Shown here: positions 1 to 8,667 of the stretch, one piece after another | Layout: the number at the start of each line of letters is the position of its first letter | Numbering within the stretch: the stretch's first letter is position 1 | Source of the DNA: Candidatus Omnitrophota bacterium | GTDB lineage: Bacteria > Omnitrophota > Gorgyraeia > Duberdicusellales > 4484-171 | Direction of reading: 5' to 3' | Assembly (NCBI GenBank): GCA_028692655.1 | Contig: JAQUWY010000016.1 | Coordinates: forward strand, 1 to 38,770 | Length of the DNA: 38,770 nt | The notes under the pieces: generated by a model | Databases searched by the model: none | What the model saw: only the letters and a program-made list of their open reading frames with translations | Told to the model about the DNA's origin: nothing | Position numbers and translations under genes: made by a program

Positions 1-1
1 A

Positions 2-130
2 GATGTGACTCTTAAGCGCCTTTATCTGGAATATATGGGCGGTGTATTAAAGAATGCGGGTAAAAAATATATAGTCGACCCTAAGCAGGAAGGGATATTG
101 CCGCTACTTAATTTAGGAAATGAAAAATAA
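2..130 (+). CDS. Partial CDS (C-terminus only): HflK-like band-7 protein, 5' end outside the window
   Basis: Frame-2 ORF is open from the window edge to a TAA at about 128-130 and reads ...GILPLLNLGNEK*. It overlaps the hflC start by about 11 nt. HflK normally precedes HflC. Confidence 0.4.
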   Translation, partial: DVTLKRLYLEYMGGVLKNAGKKYIVDPKQEGILPLLNLGNEK

Positions 131-1076
131 AAATACGCTTTTACTGATTGCCGGATTAGCCCTGATTTTTATTGCCTTTGGTAACCCTTTTTATATTGTG
201 GAAGAAGGCAGGCAGGTAGTGCTTACTCTCTGGGGCAAGCCAAGAGGAGAGCCAATTACCAAAGCCGGATTGAAACTAAAGCTACCTTTTTTCGAGAAAG
301 TAAATATATTTGACAAACGCATTTTAGAATGGGACGGCTATCCCAGCCAGATTCCGACAAAAGATAAAAAGTATATCTGGGTAGACACGACAGCTCGTTG
401 GAAAATAAAAGACGCCTTAGCTTTCTTTAAATCCGTTTCCAACGAGCGAGGCGCTCACGCCATCCTTGACGGCATAATTGATGCTGCTGTAAGAGATGCC
501 GTAACCTCTCAAAATTTGATTGAGCTGGTGCGTTCTTCAGACCGTATTGCCGAACAGAGAGAGGAATTAAGAAAAGAAGAAGAGTTTATCGGAGAGGGGG
601 CTCTTGAAATAGTAAAGATGGGCAGAGATAGAATACAGCAGGAAGTAATACAAAAAGCCCGGGAAGATTTAGGCCCAAGATATGGAATAGAGCTTATTGA
701 CGTAAGAGTCAAAAGAGTTAATTATGTCGAAGAGGTACGCCTCAAAGTATATGAACGTATGATTGCTGAGCGCCGCCGGGCAGCCGAGAAATACCGTTCT
801 GAAGGAAGAGGAGTAAGAGCGGAGATCGAAGGCCGCACCGAAAAAGAACTAAAATCTATACTTTCCGAAGCTTACAAAGAATCCCAGGGTATCAAAGGCC
901 AGGCTGATGCTGAATCCGCCCGGATTTATGCCGAAGCTTACAACAATGACCCGGAATTGTTTTCTTTTATTAAGACACTGCAAACTTATGGTGACACTAT
1001 TAATCAGGATACAACCCTTATTTTGACAACTGATGGCGACTATTTTAAATATCTTACCCTGTCTGAAGAAAAATAA
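120..1076 (+). CDS. hflC: SPFH/band-7 protein, HflC-like protease modulator
   Basis: N-terminal TM helix followed by an SPFH core (YIVEEGRQVVLTLWGKP...) and a long charged coiled-coil tail. It sits next to a partial HflK-like ORF. Confidence 0.75.
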   Translation: MKNKNTLLLIAGLALIFIAFGNPFYIVEEGRQVVLTLWGKPRGEPITKAGLKLKLPFFEKVNIFDKRILEWDGYPSQIPTKDKKYIWVDTTARWKIKDALAFFKSVSNERGAHAILDGIIDAAVRDAVTSQNLIELVRSSDRIAEQREELRKEEEFIGEGALEIVKMGRDRIQQEVIQKAREDLGPRYGIELIDVRVKRVNYVEEVRLKVYERMIAERRRAAEKYRSEGRGVRAEIEGRTEKELKSILSEAYKESQGIKGQADAESARIYAEAYNNDPELFSFIKTLQTYGDTINQDTTLILTTDGDYFKYLTLSEEK

Positions 1077-1097
1077 ACGAGAAAGAAGTTCTAGAAT

Positions 1098-1949
1098 ATG
1101 AATTCAGCCATTCTTTTAATATCTTGCTCTGACCAGAAAGGAATTACCGCAGCTATTGCTGACTTTATTTATAAAAATGGCGGCAATATTGAACATGCTG
1201 ACCAGCATATAGACTACCAAACTAATACTTTCTTTATGAGAGTCCAATGGTCACTCGGAGATTTTAAAATTCCGGGTGATAGCATAAAGGACAGCTTTTT
1301 GCCTTTAGCAGAAAATTTCTCAATGGCATGGTCTCTGCATTTTGATAGTGACAGGCCGAGAGTAGCCATATTTGTTTCCCGTCATACACATTGCCTTCAA
1401 GAGATACTTATTAAACATAGCCAAAATTATTTGCCTTGCGAGATCCCTCTTATTGTCAGCAATCATTCTGATGCTTCCAGAAATGCCAAAGAATTTAATA
1501 TTCCTTTTTATGAATATTCCAAAAATCCAAAAAATAAAATAGAAGTTGAAAAAAAAGAAATGGAGCTTCTCCGGAGAGAAAAGATTGAGCTAATCGTTCT
1601 AGCCCGTTATTCACAGATCTTAACCGGGCAATTTGTTGGAGCATACCCGAATAGAATAATTAATATACACCATTCGTTTCTACCGGCATTCATCGGTAGT
1701 AATCCTTATGGACAAGCCTGGAGCCGGGGGGTGAAGATTATAGGAGCTACCAGCCATTATGTAACTGAACAGCTGGACGCCGGGCCGATAATCGAACAAG
1801 ACACTGCAAGGGTTTGGCATAGAAATACCCTCGATGACCTTAAGCGGGAAGGCCAGGATTTAGAAAGAACAGTCTTAAGCAGGGCTTTGCGTTTACACCT
1901 GGAGAGGAAGATACTGACATATAATAATAAAACTGTTGTATTTGATTAA
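1098..1949 (+). CDS. purU: Formyltetrahydrofolate deformylase
   Basis: N-terminal ACT domain (ILLISCSDQKGITAAIADFI) plus a C-terminal formyltransferase core (INIHHSFLPAF...GATSHYVTEQLDAGPII). Length 283 aa is typical. Confidence 0.85.
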   Translation: MNSAILLISCSDQKGITAAIADFIYKNGGNIEHADQHIDYQTNTFFMRVQWSLGDFKIPGDSIKDSFLPLAENFSMAWSLHFDSDRPRVAIFVSRHTHCLQEILIKHSQNYLPCEIPLIVSNHSDASRNAKEFNIPFYEYSKNPKNKIEVEKKEMELLRREKIELIVLARYSQILTGQFVGAYPNRIINIHHSFLPAFIGSNPYGQAWSRGVKIIGATSHYVTEQLDAGPIIEQDTARVWHRNTLDDLKREGQDLERTVLSRALRLHLERKILTYNNKTVVFD

Positions 1950-2051
1950 TTCTTTGACTATAGAAACCCTTAAATACACTTAGCAGCTAAATTATCATTT
2001 GCTAGGTTAGATAGTTTATGATACACTATTTTTCTTTTTTCTTAAGGAGGA

Positions 2052-3347
2052 ATGATGAAATATAAGCTTAGGTTTTTGGTTTTATCCACTTTTTTTGTCA
2101 TGTTTATCTCTGGTTGTACTTCCAGCCAGCCTCAAGGCGAAAAGATAGTAATTTGGCACTGGATGAATGACAGAAAAGCCTCCCTGGAGGAATTAGCCCT
2201 GCGTTATATGGAAGAAACCGGAGTCCCGATTGAATTCAAGCTTTTTTCCCCTCCTGATATATATTCCCAAAAAGTTATTGCTGCTGCCCGAGCCGGAAGA
2301 CTGCCGGATATATTTGGCATTCTGGGAGAAAAAAAGACTTTGGCTTCATTTATAAGAGCAGGGTATATTTTAGACCTGACCAGCTATATGGCTCAAGATA
2401 AAGAAACCTGGAAAAAGAGTTTTTATTCTCAGGCTTTGGAAGTAGTAAGCTTTGACAAAAACAACATCTATGGGGTTGAGCCCGGTGTATGGGGCGTACC
2501 TATTGATATTACGGTTATGGAGTTTCTGTACAACAGGGATCTTTTTAAAAAAGCCGGATTAGATCCCGAGAAAGCACCCGTAACCTTCGATGAATTTATT
2601 GATTACGCTAAAACAATAAAAAAAACCTGCGGCGTTGACGGATTTGTTTGCGGTTGGGGCGAAGGGTGGCTCCTTAATGCTTTAGCAACCGAATGGGCTA
2701 TTAATATTATGGGGGAGAGAAAGTTCTTAGCCACGATAAACGGAGATGTATCCTATACAGATCCTCAATGGATAGAGGTTTTCTCTCTTTTTAAAAAGAT
2801 GAAAGATTCCGGCATCCTGGCTTCTGATATTACTACTATGATAAATAAAGAAGCTGAAGATGCTTTTTCTAAGGGTAAGGCCGGTTTTTCTTTCAATGGC
2901 AGTTGGTCAATAAACGTATATAGCCAGCTTTCTTCAGGGCTTGATTATGCTTTTTTTTCTTTACCAAAAGTTTCATCTGCTTATCCTGTAAAAATATGGG
3001 GCGGAGCTGGTTCCTCATTTATGGTAAACGCTAACTCTCCTGCCAAAGAAAAGGCAGTAGCGTTTTTAAAGTGGCTTACTGAAAAAAACCAACAGGAATT
3101 CCTGGCAAAAGAAACAAACAACCTTCCGTCTATAAAGAATTGCCAGAAAAACCTTCCTAAGCTTTTAGCAGGCTTAACCAAGGATTTAGGTATTCTTACG
3201 CATCCTAATATTTGGCCATATAATGAAAATTCAAGAGTTCTTGAAATAATGAATAAAGGCTTGCAGCAGGTAGTTATGGGAATAAAAACTCCTGAAGAAA
3301 TAGCTAAAGAAATTCAGGATGTAAAAGAAAGAGTCTCGAAACGATGA
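2052..3347 (+). CDS. Sugar ABC transporter substrate-binding lipoprotein (family 1 solute-binding protein)
   Basis: AGGAGG RBS upstream. Signal peptide with lipobox FISGC. About 430 aa with a family-1 SBP-like fold. Followed by two permease genes with overlapping stops and starts. Confidence 0.8.
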   Translation: MMKYKLRFLVLSTFFVMFISGCTSSQPQGEKIVIWHWMNDRKASLEELALRYMEETGVPIEFKLFSPPDIYSQKVIAAARAGRLPDIFGILGEKKTLASFIRAGYILDLTSYMAQDKETWKKSFYSQALEVVSFDKNNIYGVEPGVWGVPIDITVMEFLYNRDLFKKAGLDPEKAPVTFDEFIDYAKTIKKTCGVDGFVCGWGEGWLLNALATEWAINIMGERKFLATINGDVSYTDPQWIEVFSLFKKMKDSGILASDITTMINKEAEDAFSKGKAGFSFNGSWSINVYSQLSSGLDYAFFSLPKVSSAYPVKIWGGAGSSFMVNANSPAKEKAVAFLKWLTEKNQQEFLAKETNNLPSIKNCQKNLPKLLAGLTKDLGILTHPNIWPYNENSRVLEIMNKGLQQVVMGIKTPEEIAKEIQDVKERVSKR

Positions 3348-4237
3348 AGAAAGAATCTATCAGAGAAAGGTCAGTTAACTTTTCTTTTGTTTTGCCGGCT
3401 TTGTTAATATTTTCCATATTTTACATTTACCCTTTTTTTTATTCTTTTATTTTAAGTTTCCAGCAGGGAGACGGAATTTACTTCTCGAAATTTGTCGGAC
3501 TTGCAAATTTTAAAGAAATTATTTTTTATGATAAAGACTTCCGTCACTCCCTTTATAACGGTTTTTTTATTACATTTTGGGCACTGACTTTTCAGAATAT
3601 TCTGGCTTTTGTTTTAGCTTTGGGTGTCGATAAAGCAATTAAAACCGGAAAAATTTACCGGGTTATATTTTTTATCCTGCCGGTTCTATCGGAAATTATT
3701 ATCGGGTTGCTTATGAGAGAGATACTTATTTCAAACCCGGGAATTTTAAACCAATGGTTATCTAAAATAGGTTTGGGTTCCTTCACGCATGACTGGCTGG
3801 GTAAGGACACCGTTCTTTTAACCACAGCGCTTGTGCATTGCTGGAAAGGGTTTGGCTGGGCTTTTGTGCTGCTGTTGGCGGGTTTACAGACAATACCTGA
3901 GCAATTATATGAAGCTGCGAGGATTGATGGGGCTGGCTATATCCAGAGTTTTTTCAAAATCACCCTGCCTTTATTAATGCCTGTGGTATCAATGGTGATT
4001 GTTCTTACTATGCTGGGAACCATGCAGGCTTTTGCTATGATTCTGGCCTTGACTAGAGGAGCCGGAGGGCTAACAGAGGTGCCGGTTATGCGTATCTATA
4101 ACCATCTGCGGGGAAGTCAGGTTGGGCTTGCCTGCGCCGAGGGGATAGTCCTGGGTGTAATACTTGTTTCTTTTTCTTTGCTTATGTTTTATGTTTCTAA
4201 GTGGATAAGGAGGCATTGGGGTGTATTACCAAACTAA
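3344..4237 (+). CDS. Sugar ABC transporter permease (MalF/UgpA-like)
   Basis: Six TM segments, with an EAA-like loop (EAARIDGAGYIQSFFKITLPLL). ATGA overlap with the upstream SBP gene. Confidence 0.8.
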   Translation: MKKESIRERSVNFSFVLPALLIFSIFYIYPFFYSFILSFQQGDGIYFSKFVGLANFKEIIFYDKDFRHSLYNGFFITFWALTFQNILAFVLALGVDKAIKTGKIYRVIFFILPVLSEIIIGLLMREILISNPGILNQWLSKIGLGSFTHDWLGKDTVLLTTALVHCWKGFGWAFVLLLAGLQTIPEQLYEAARIDGAGYIQSFFKITLPLLMPVVSMVIVLTMLGTMQAFAMILALTRGAGGLTEVPVMRIYNHLRGSQVGLACAEGIVLGVILVSFSLLMFYVSKWIRRHWGVLPN

Positions 4238-5057
4238 AAAAATCATAACCCTTATCATTCTGCACACTTTCCTTATAAGTGTAGCTCTAAGCTGTGTTGG
4301 GCCGCTGATCTGGATGTTGAATGCTTCCTTTAAAACAGAAGCTGAATTCAGAAGTGATTCCGGCTTAAAGCCCGCCGCGGGATTCAATTTAGAAAATTAT
4401 AAAACTGCCCTATTTGAAGGTAAACTTGGTTTTTATTTTCTTAATAGTGTTTTCTACACCTTCATAACTGTTTTCTCCATAGTAATAATATCTTCTTTAG
4501 CTGCATTTGCTTTTTCCAGATTAAACTTTCCCGGTAAGGATATCATATTTTTCATGTTCTTAACTGCAATGATGATACCGCTTCCGGCAGGATTTGTTCC
4601 GGTGTATATATTGTTGAACAAACTTCACTTGGTAAACCGCATAGGATATGTCTTGGCGATGTCAAATATGGGTTTGTCTTTAAGTATTTACCTTCTTAAA
4701 ACTTTTTTTGATCAATTACCGCGTGATTTAGAAGACGCCGCCCGGATCGACGGGTGCAACAAGCTTCAAATATGGTGGAATGTTGCTCTTCCTTTAGTTG
4801 CTCCGGCTTTAGCAGTCGTTATTATCTTTAACGCTTTGAATGTCTGGAATGAATTTGTCTTGGCATCATTGATGTTTACGGAAGATAAACTTATGCCTTT
4901 GCAGGTAGGGCTTATGGAATTTTATAACCGTAACATCATACAGCACACTCTGCTTATGGCCTCATTAGCAATAGCGGCGTTACCAATAATATTATTATAC
5001 CTAAAAATGCAGCGGCAGATAATAAAAGGCATAACTGCCGGTTCTATGGTCGGATGA
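4221..5057 (+). CDS. Sugar ABC transporter permease (MalG/UgpE-like)
   Basis: GTG start with GGAGG RBS. TM protein with an EAA motif (EDAARIDGCNKLQIWWNVALPL). Confidence 0.8.
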   Translation: MYYQTKKIITLIILHTFLISVALSCVGPLIWMLNASFKTEAEFRSDSGLKPAAGFNLENYKTALFEGKLGFYFLNSVFYTFITVFSIVIISSLAAFAFSRLNFPGKDIIFFMFLTAMMIPLPAGFVPVYILLNKLHLVNRIGYVLAMSNMGLSLSIYLLKTFFDQLPRDLEDAARIDGCNKLQIWWNVALPLVAPALAVVIIFNALNVWNEFVLASLMFTEDKLMPLQVGLMEFYNRNIIQHTLLMASLAIAALPIILLYLKMQRQIIKGITAGSMVG

Positions 5058-7369
5058 AAAACAAAATAATTTACTTATCATTTTTAGCCTTGATTTTATC
5101 CCTGGTATGTGATTTTGGGCAGCAGTGCTGTTTCGCTCAGGAAAGTTCGGAATATGTAAATAAAGGCTGGGCTGTCTTAGGAAAAAGAGACTTTACGCAG
5201 GTATATGAAATAACTGACGCCTGTATACAAGAATTTTCCCAAGAAGCTGACGCAATAGCTTTAAAACTTTCCCAGTTTCCTTCCAAGGGAGAAGAAGATG
5301 CTTTTAGGGCCATGAATGATGTTGCTACCTGTTATTTCATTAAGGGTGAAGCTTTAATGCGCGACGGGAAAACTGAAAAAGCTAAAGATATTTTTAGAGA
5401 GGTTAGTACACGATACCCCTGGGCTCAAGCTTTTGATCCCAGAGGCTGGTATTGGTCAATAAAAGAAAAAGCTGACATTACACTGCATAAGTTAGAAACC
5501 GGAAAAGTTGTTGAAGATGACCAGCAGGACGCCGGGCCTATTACCCGGGTAGAACTTTATGATGAAGGAACGGAGTTTCCGGTCGATTATTCAAAATACG
5601 GCACTTTTACCGGCTTAGGCACTAGAAGCTACGCGTATACTATTAATGATCCCATTGGCCTGTCCAAGGCTGTCGGCGAAGGGATTTATCCGAATACAAC
5701 CTCTATTAAATTTGATCCGGTATATGTAAAGATTAAAAAAAACTTGGCAAAAATTGACCACTGGCAGATTCTTAACAGCAGAGACCTTAATACTGCTTTT
5801 TACAAGTGGAATCTTGCCCCAGAACCGGCGGGTGTAAGGCAATTCCATATTGCCGAAATACTTGAGAGAAGCGGCTTAACGAAATCTGCAATCAAAGCTT
5901 ACTATGCTATAGTTGTAAACTTTCCTAATAGCTACGGCTGGACATATTGGCATACTCCTTGGTATGTTGGAAAAGTTGCTATTTATAGAGTGAAATATTT
6001 AATCAAGCAGCATCCCGAACTTGGCTTAAAACTTGAAAACGCAAAAATCCAAGTTATCAACGGTTATGATAACGATATACGTAATGACATATACGTGGTT
6101 AACCCTGGACGTTTAACCACTATTCCTTTCTGGGACAGAAAATCTGTTTCTAAATGCGGCGGACCAAGGCGTAAGCTGGGGAATATAATAAAAACCCGCG
6201 GAAATGAATTTAAACTGGTAAAATACGAGTCGGGAGACTGGCAAATGCTTGTCAAAGACAAACCCTTTATTATCAAAGCCATAACCTATGGGCCTACGGC
6301 AGTAGGGGAATCTCCTGATGACGGAAGCATGCAGAATTGGACTATTGAAGACTTAAATGCCAACGGCATCGTTGATGCTCCTTATGAAAGTTGGGTAGAC
6401 AGCAATAAAAACAATACCCAAGATTCCCAAGAAAAAGTCATAGGAGATTTTGCCTTAATGAAAGAAATGGGTGTTAATGCTATACGCCTTTATCACCAGC
6501 CATTTGACCTGGACAAAAAAATTCTTAGGCAAATGTATGAAAAATATGGTATATATGTATTACTGGGCGATTTTTTAGGCAAATATACTTTGGGCAGTAA
6601 AGCTGATTGGGAAAGCGGTACAGATTATGATAATCCGCAGCATCAAAAGAACATGCTTGAAAGTATAGAAAAAATGGTTTTAGAATTTCGTGACGAACCC
6701 TATGTGTTAGCATGGCTGATTGGAAACGAAAACGTTTATGGCCTAGGCTGCAACGCTGACAAAAAGCCAGAAAGTTTTTTCAAATTTGTCAATACAGTCG
6801 CAAAATTTATAAAAGAATTAGACCCAAAACAGCGTCCCGTCGCTGTTGTTTCTGGAGACTGCCTGCACCTTGATGTTTTTGCAAATAATTGTCCCGAGGT
6901 GGATATATTCGGGACCAACGTATACAGGGGCAGTTACGGTTTTCTAGACCTTTGGGATGAAGTTAGGCGTATTGCTGATAAACCAGCAATGATTACCGAA
7001 TACGGCGCACCGTCTTACGCCAAAGGATATTCCCAAGAAGAAGGCCAAGATTATCAGTCAGATTATCACAAGGCCTGCTGGGAAGATATCATTTGTAATT
7101 CGACCGGCTATGGCGCCGGCAATGCCATAGGCGGCATTGCCTTTGAATGGTTGGATGAATGGTGGAAAGCATACGAACCAGCTTATCATGACAGAAAAGG
7201 CCTTTTTAGCGGGCCTTTTTTAGACGGTTATATGCATGAAGAATGGCTGGGGATATGCAGTCAGGGTGATGGTTCCAAATCTCCTTATTTACGACAGTTG
7301 AAAAAAGCTTATTATACGTATAAGGACCTTTGGAATGAAAAATGCAAAGGTGAGGCAGTAAGTAATTAG
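5054..7369 (+). CDS. Secreted clan GH-A TIM-barrel glycoside hydrolase (GH2-like catalytic domain) with a roughly 350-aa N-terminal helical/beta extension
   Basis: ATGA overlap with the permease gene. Signal peptide present. Acid/base motif LIGNENVYG (about 6722-6733) and nucleophile motif MITEYGAP (about 6989-7011) match the GH2/clan-A NE(x) and TEYG signatures. A FEWLDEWWK block follows the nucleophile and also occurs in the paralog at 8668. Confidence 0.6.
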   Translation: MKNKIIYLSFLALILSLVCDFGQQCCFAQESSEYVNKGWAVLGKRDFTQVYEITDACIQEFSQEADAIALKLSQFPSKGEEDAFRAMNDVATCYFIKGEALMRDGKTEKAKDIFREVSTRYPWAQAFDPRGWYWSIKEKADITLHKLETGKVVEDDQQDAGPITRVELYDEGTEFPVDYSKYGTFTGLGTRSYAYTINDPIGLSKAVGEGIYPNTTSIKFDPVYVKIKKNLAKIDHWQILNSRDLNTAFYKWNLAPEPAGVRQFHIAEILERSGLTKSAIKAYYAIVVNFPNSYGWTYWHTPWYVGKVAIYRVKYLIKQHPELGLKLENAKIQVINGYDNDIRNDIYVVNPGRLTTIPFWDRKSVSKCGGPRRKLGNIIKTRGNEFKLVKYESGDWQMLVKDKPFIIKAITYGPTAVGESPDDGSMQNWTIEDLNANGIVDAPYESWVDSNKNNTQDSQEKVIGDFALMKEMGVNAIRLYHQPFDLDKKILRQMYEKYGIYVLLGDFLGKYTLGSKADWESGTDYDNPQHQKNMLESIEKMVLEFRDEPYVLAWLIGNENVYGLGCNADKKPESFFKFVNTVAKFIKELDPKQRPVAVVSGDCLHLDVFANNCPEVDIFGTNVYRGSYGFLDLWDEVRRIADKPAMITEYGAPSYAKGYSQEEGQDYQSDYHKACWEDIICNSTGYGAGNAIGGIAFEWLDEWWKAYEPAYHDRKGLFSGPFLDGYMHEEWLGICSQGDGSKSPYLRQLKKAYYTYKDLWNEKCKGEAVSN

Positions 7370-7384
7370 AAGGAGGTAACAGAG

Positions 7385-8575
7385 ATGTTTAGAAGATTGT
7401 TTTTAAGCGTTATGTGTTTCGTATTCGCCTTTTGCCTGTTCCAAGGCATAGGCAAAAGTGCTGAATTAGACCAAACTGAAGATTTTTACATCTATTTCGA
7501 TAAAAATTCACCCTTGAATCATTACATTCCCAGCGGCTGGATGGGTGATTATAATGATATAAGGTTCAACGACCAAGCTACTGAAGAGTATTTTTCGGGA
7601 GCTACGTCAATGAAAATAACTTATTCTGCCAAACAGTCTCAAGGACAAGGGTGGACTGGGATATACTGGCAGTCAGCTCAAAACAACTGGGGCGAAAAAA
7701 ATACCGGTTTTGATTTAAACGGCTTTAACAAACTGGCGTTTAAGGCCAAAGGAGCAAAAGGCGGAGAAGTCATAACCAAAATCAAAGTCGGCGGCATAAC
7801 AAAGAATGCTGTTACAGGAGAAGACGTTACTTATCCTGATACTGTAGATGTAGAAATTGGGCCAATCAGGCTTACTAATGAATGGCAGGATTATTACATA
7901 AACTTGGTTGACCGCGATTTAACCAACGTTAATGGAGGATTAGCAATAATTTTCAACGCTGACCAGGCCGGAGGCGAACAGACTATTTATTTCGATGAAA
8001 TACGTTTCGTCAATGATCCTGAACTTAAAAAAGAAACCGGCGGATTAAATTTTCCTTTCTATGTATATGCCGATAGCAGCTCTCTGGATAATCATTTCAT
8101 TCCCAGCGGCTGGATGCCGGCGACTGCCGCTCGTGATTTAAAAATCAATGCTAACTGGAAAAACTATGCTTTTAGTGGTGACAGCTGTATTCGTATTGAA
8201 TACAAAAATAATTCCGGAACACGTTGGGCCGGAATTTATTGGCAGAATCCCGCTAACAACTGGGGAAGCATCCCCGATGCAGGTTACGATCTGCAGGGCG
8301 CTAAAAAACTTACCTTCTGGGCCAGAGGCGATCAGGGAGGAGAAGTGATAAACGAATTCAAAATCGGAGGTATATCCAGCGGGGAATACATCGACTCAGA
8401 CAGCGCTACCGTCGGCCCGATACAATTGGCAAAAGAGTGGAAGAAATACGAGATAGACTTGACCGGCAAAGACCTTTCTTACATCATAGGCGGTTTTGCC
8501 TGGGCTACAAGCATCGATGTCAACAACCCTGAAGGCATAGTATTCTATCTTGATGAAATCAGTTATGAAAAATAG
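7385..8575 (+). CDS. Secreted protein made of two tandem CBM-like beta-sandwich repeats (putative glycan-binding)
   Basis: GGAGG RBS and signal peptide. Two roughly 150-aa repeats share H(Y/F)IPSGWM...GIYWQ...NNWG...GGEVI...KIGGI. The DNA keeps a near-identical 27-mer (19 nt exact, cattcccagcggctggatg) at 7525 and 8098. Confidence 0.45.
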   Translation: MFRRLFLSVMCFVFAFCLFQGIGKSAELDQTEDFYIYFDKNSPLNHYIPSGWMGDYNDIRFNDQATEEYFSGATSMKITYSAKQSQGQGWTGIYWQSAQNNWGEKNTGFDLNGFNKLAFKAKGAKGGEVITKIKVGGITKNAVTGEDVTYPDTVDVEIGPIRLTNEWQDYYINLVDRDLTNVNGGLAIIFNADQAGGEQTIYFDEIRFVNDPELKKETGGLNFPFYVYADSSSLDNHFIPSGWMPATAARDLKINANWKNYAFSGDSCIRIEYKNNSGTRWAGIYWQNPANNWGSIPDAGYDLQGAKKLTFWARGDQGGEVINEFKIGGISSGEYIDSDSATVGPIQLAKEWKKYEIDLTGKDLSYIIGGFAWATSIDVNNPEGIVFYLDEISYEK

Positions 8576-8593
8576 AAGCTGACCGGAAAAGTT

Positions 8594-8650
8594 CAAGCTA
8601 CTTTTGCCGCAGTATATTTAGCCGCGGTAAGAGTAGCTTGACTCGGTTTT
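8594..8650 (+). terminator. Candidate intrinsic terminator or attenuator hairpin between the CBM-like gene and the second hydrolase
   Basis: Imperfect 12-bp inverted repeat caagctactttt / aagagtagcttg encloses a CCGCGG-containing loop and is followed by a TTTT run about 6 nt later. The T tract is weak. Confidence 0.3.
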
Positions 8651-8667
8651 ATCTAAAAAATCAAAAA

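Noticed and set aside
8638-8667. TTG start at 8638 proposed by the ORF track for the second hydrolase (MTRFYLKNQK...).
   Set aside because: This start would sit inside the upstream hairpin/terminator-like structure. The ATG at 8668 (MNIKEIF) gives an N-terminus that begins just before the TM helix, which is the more plausible start.
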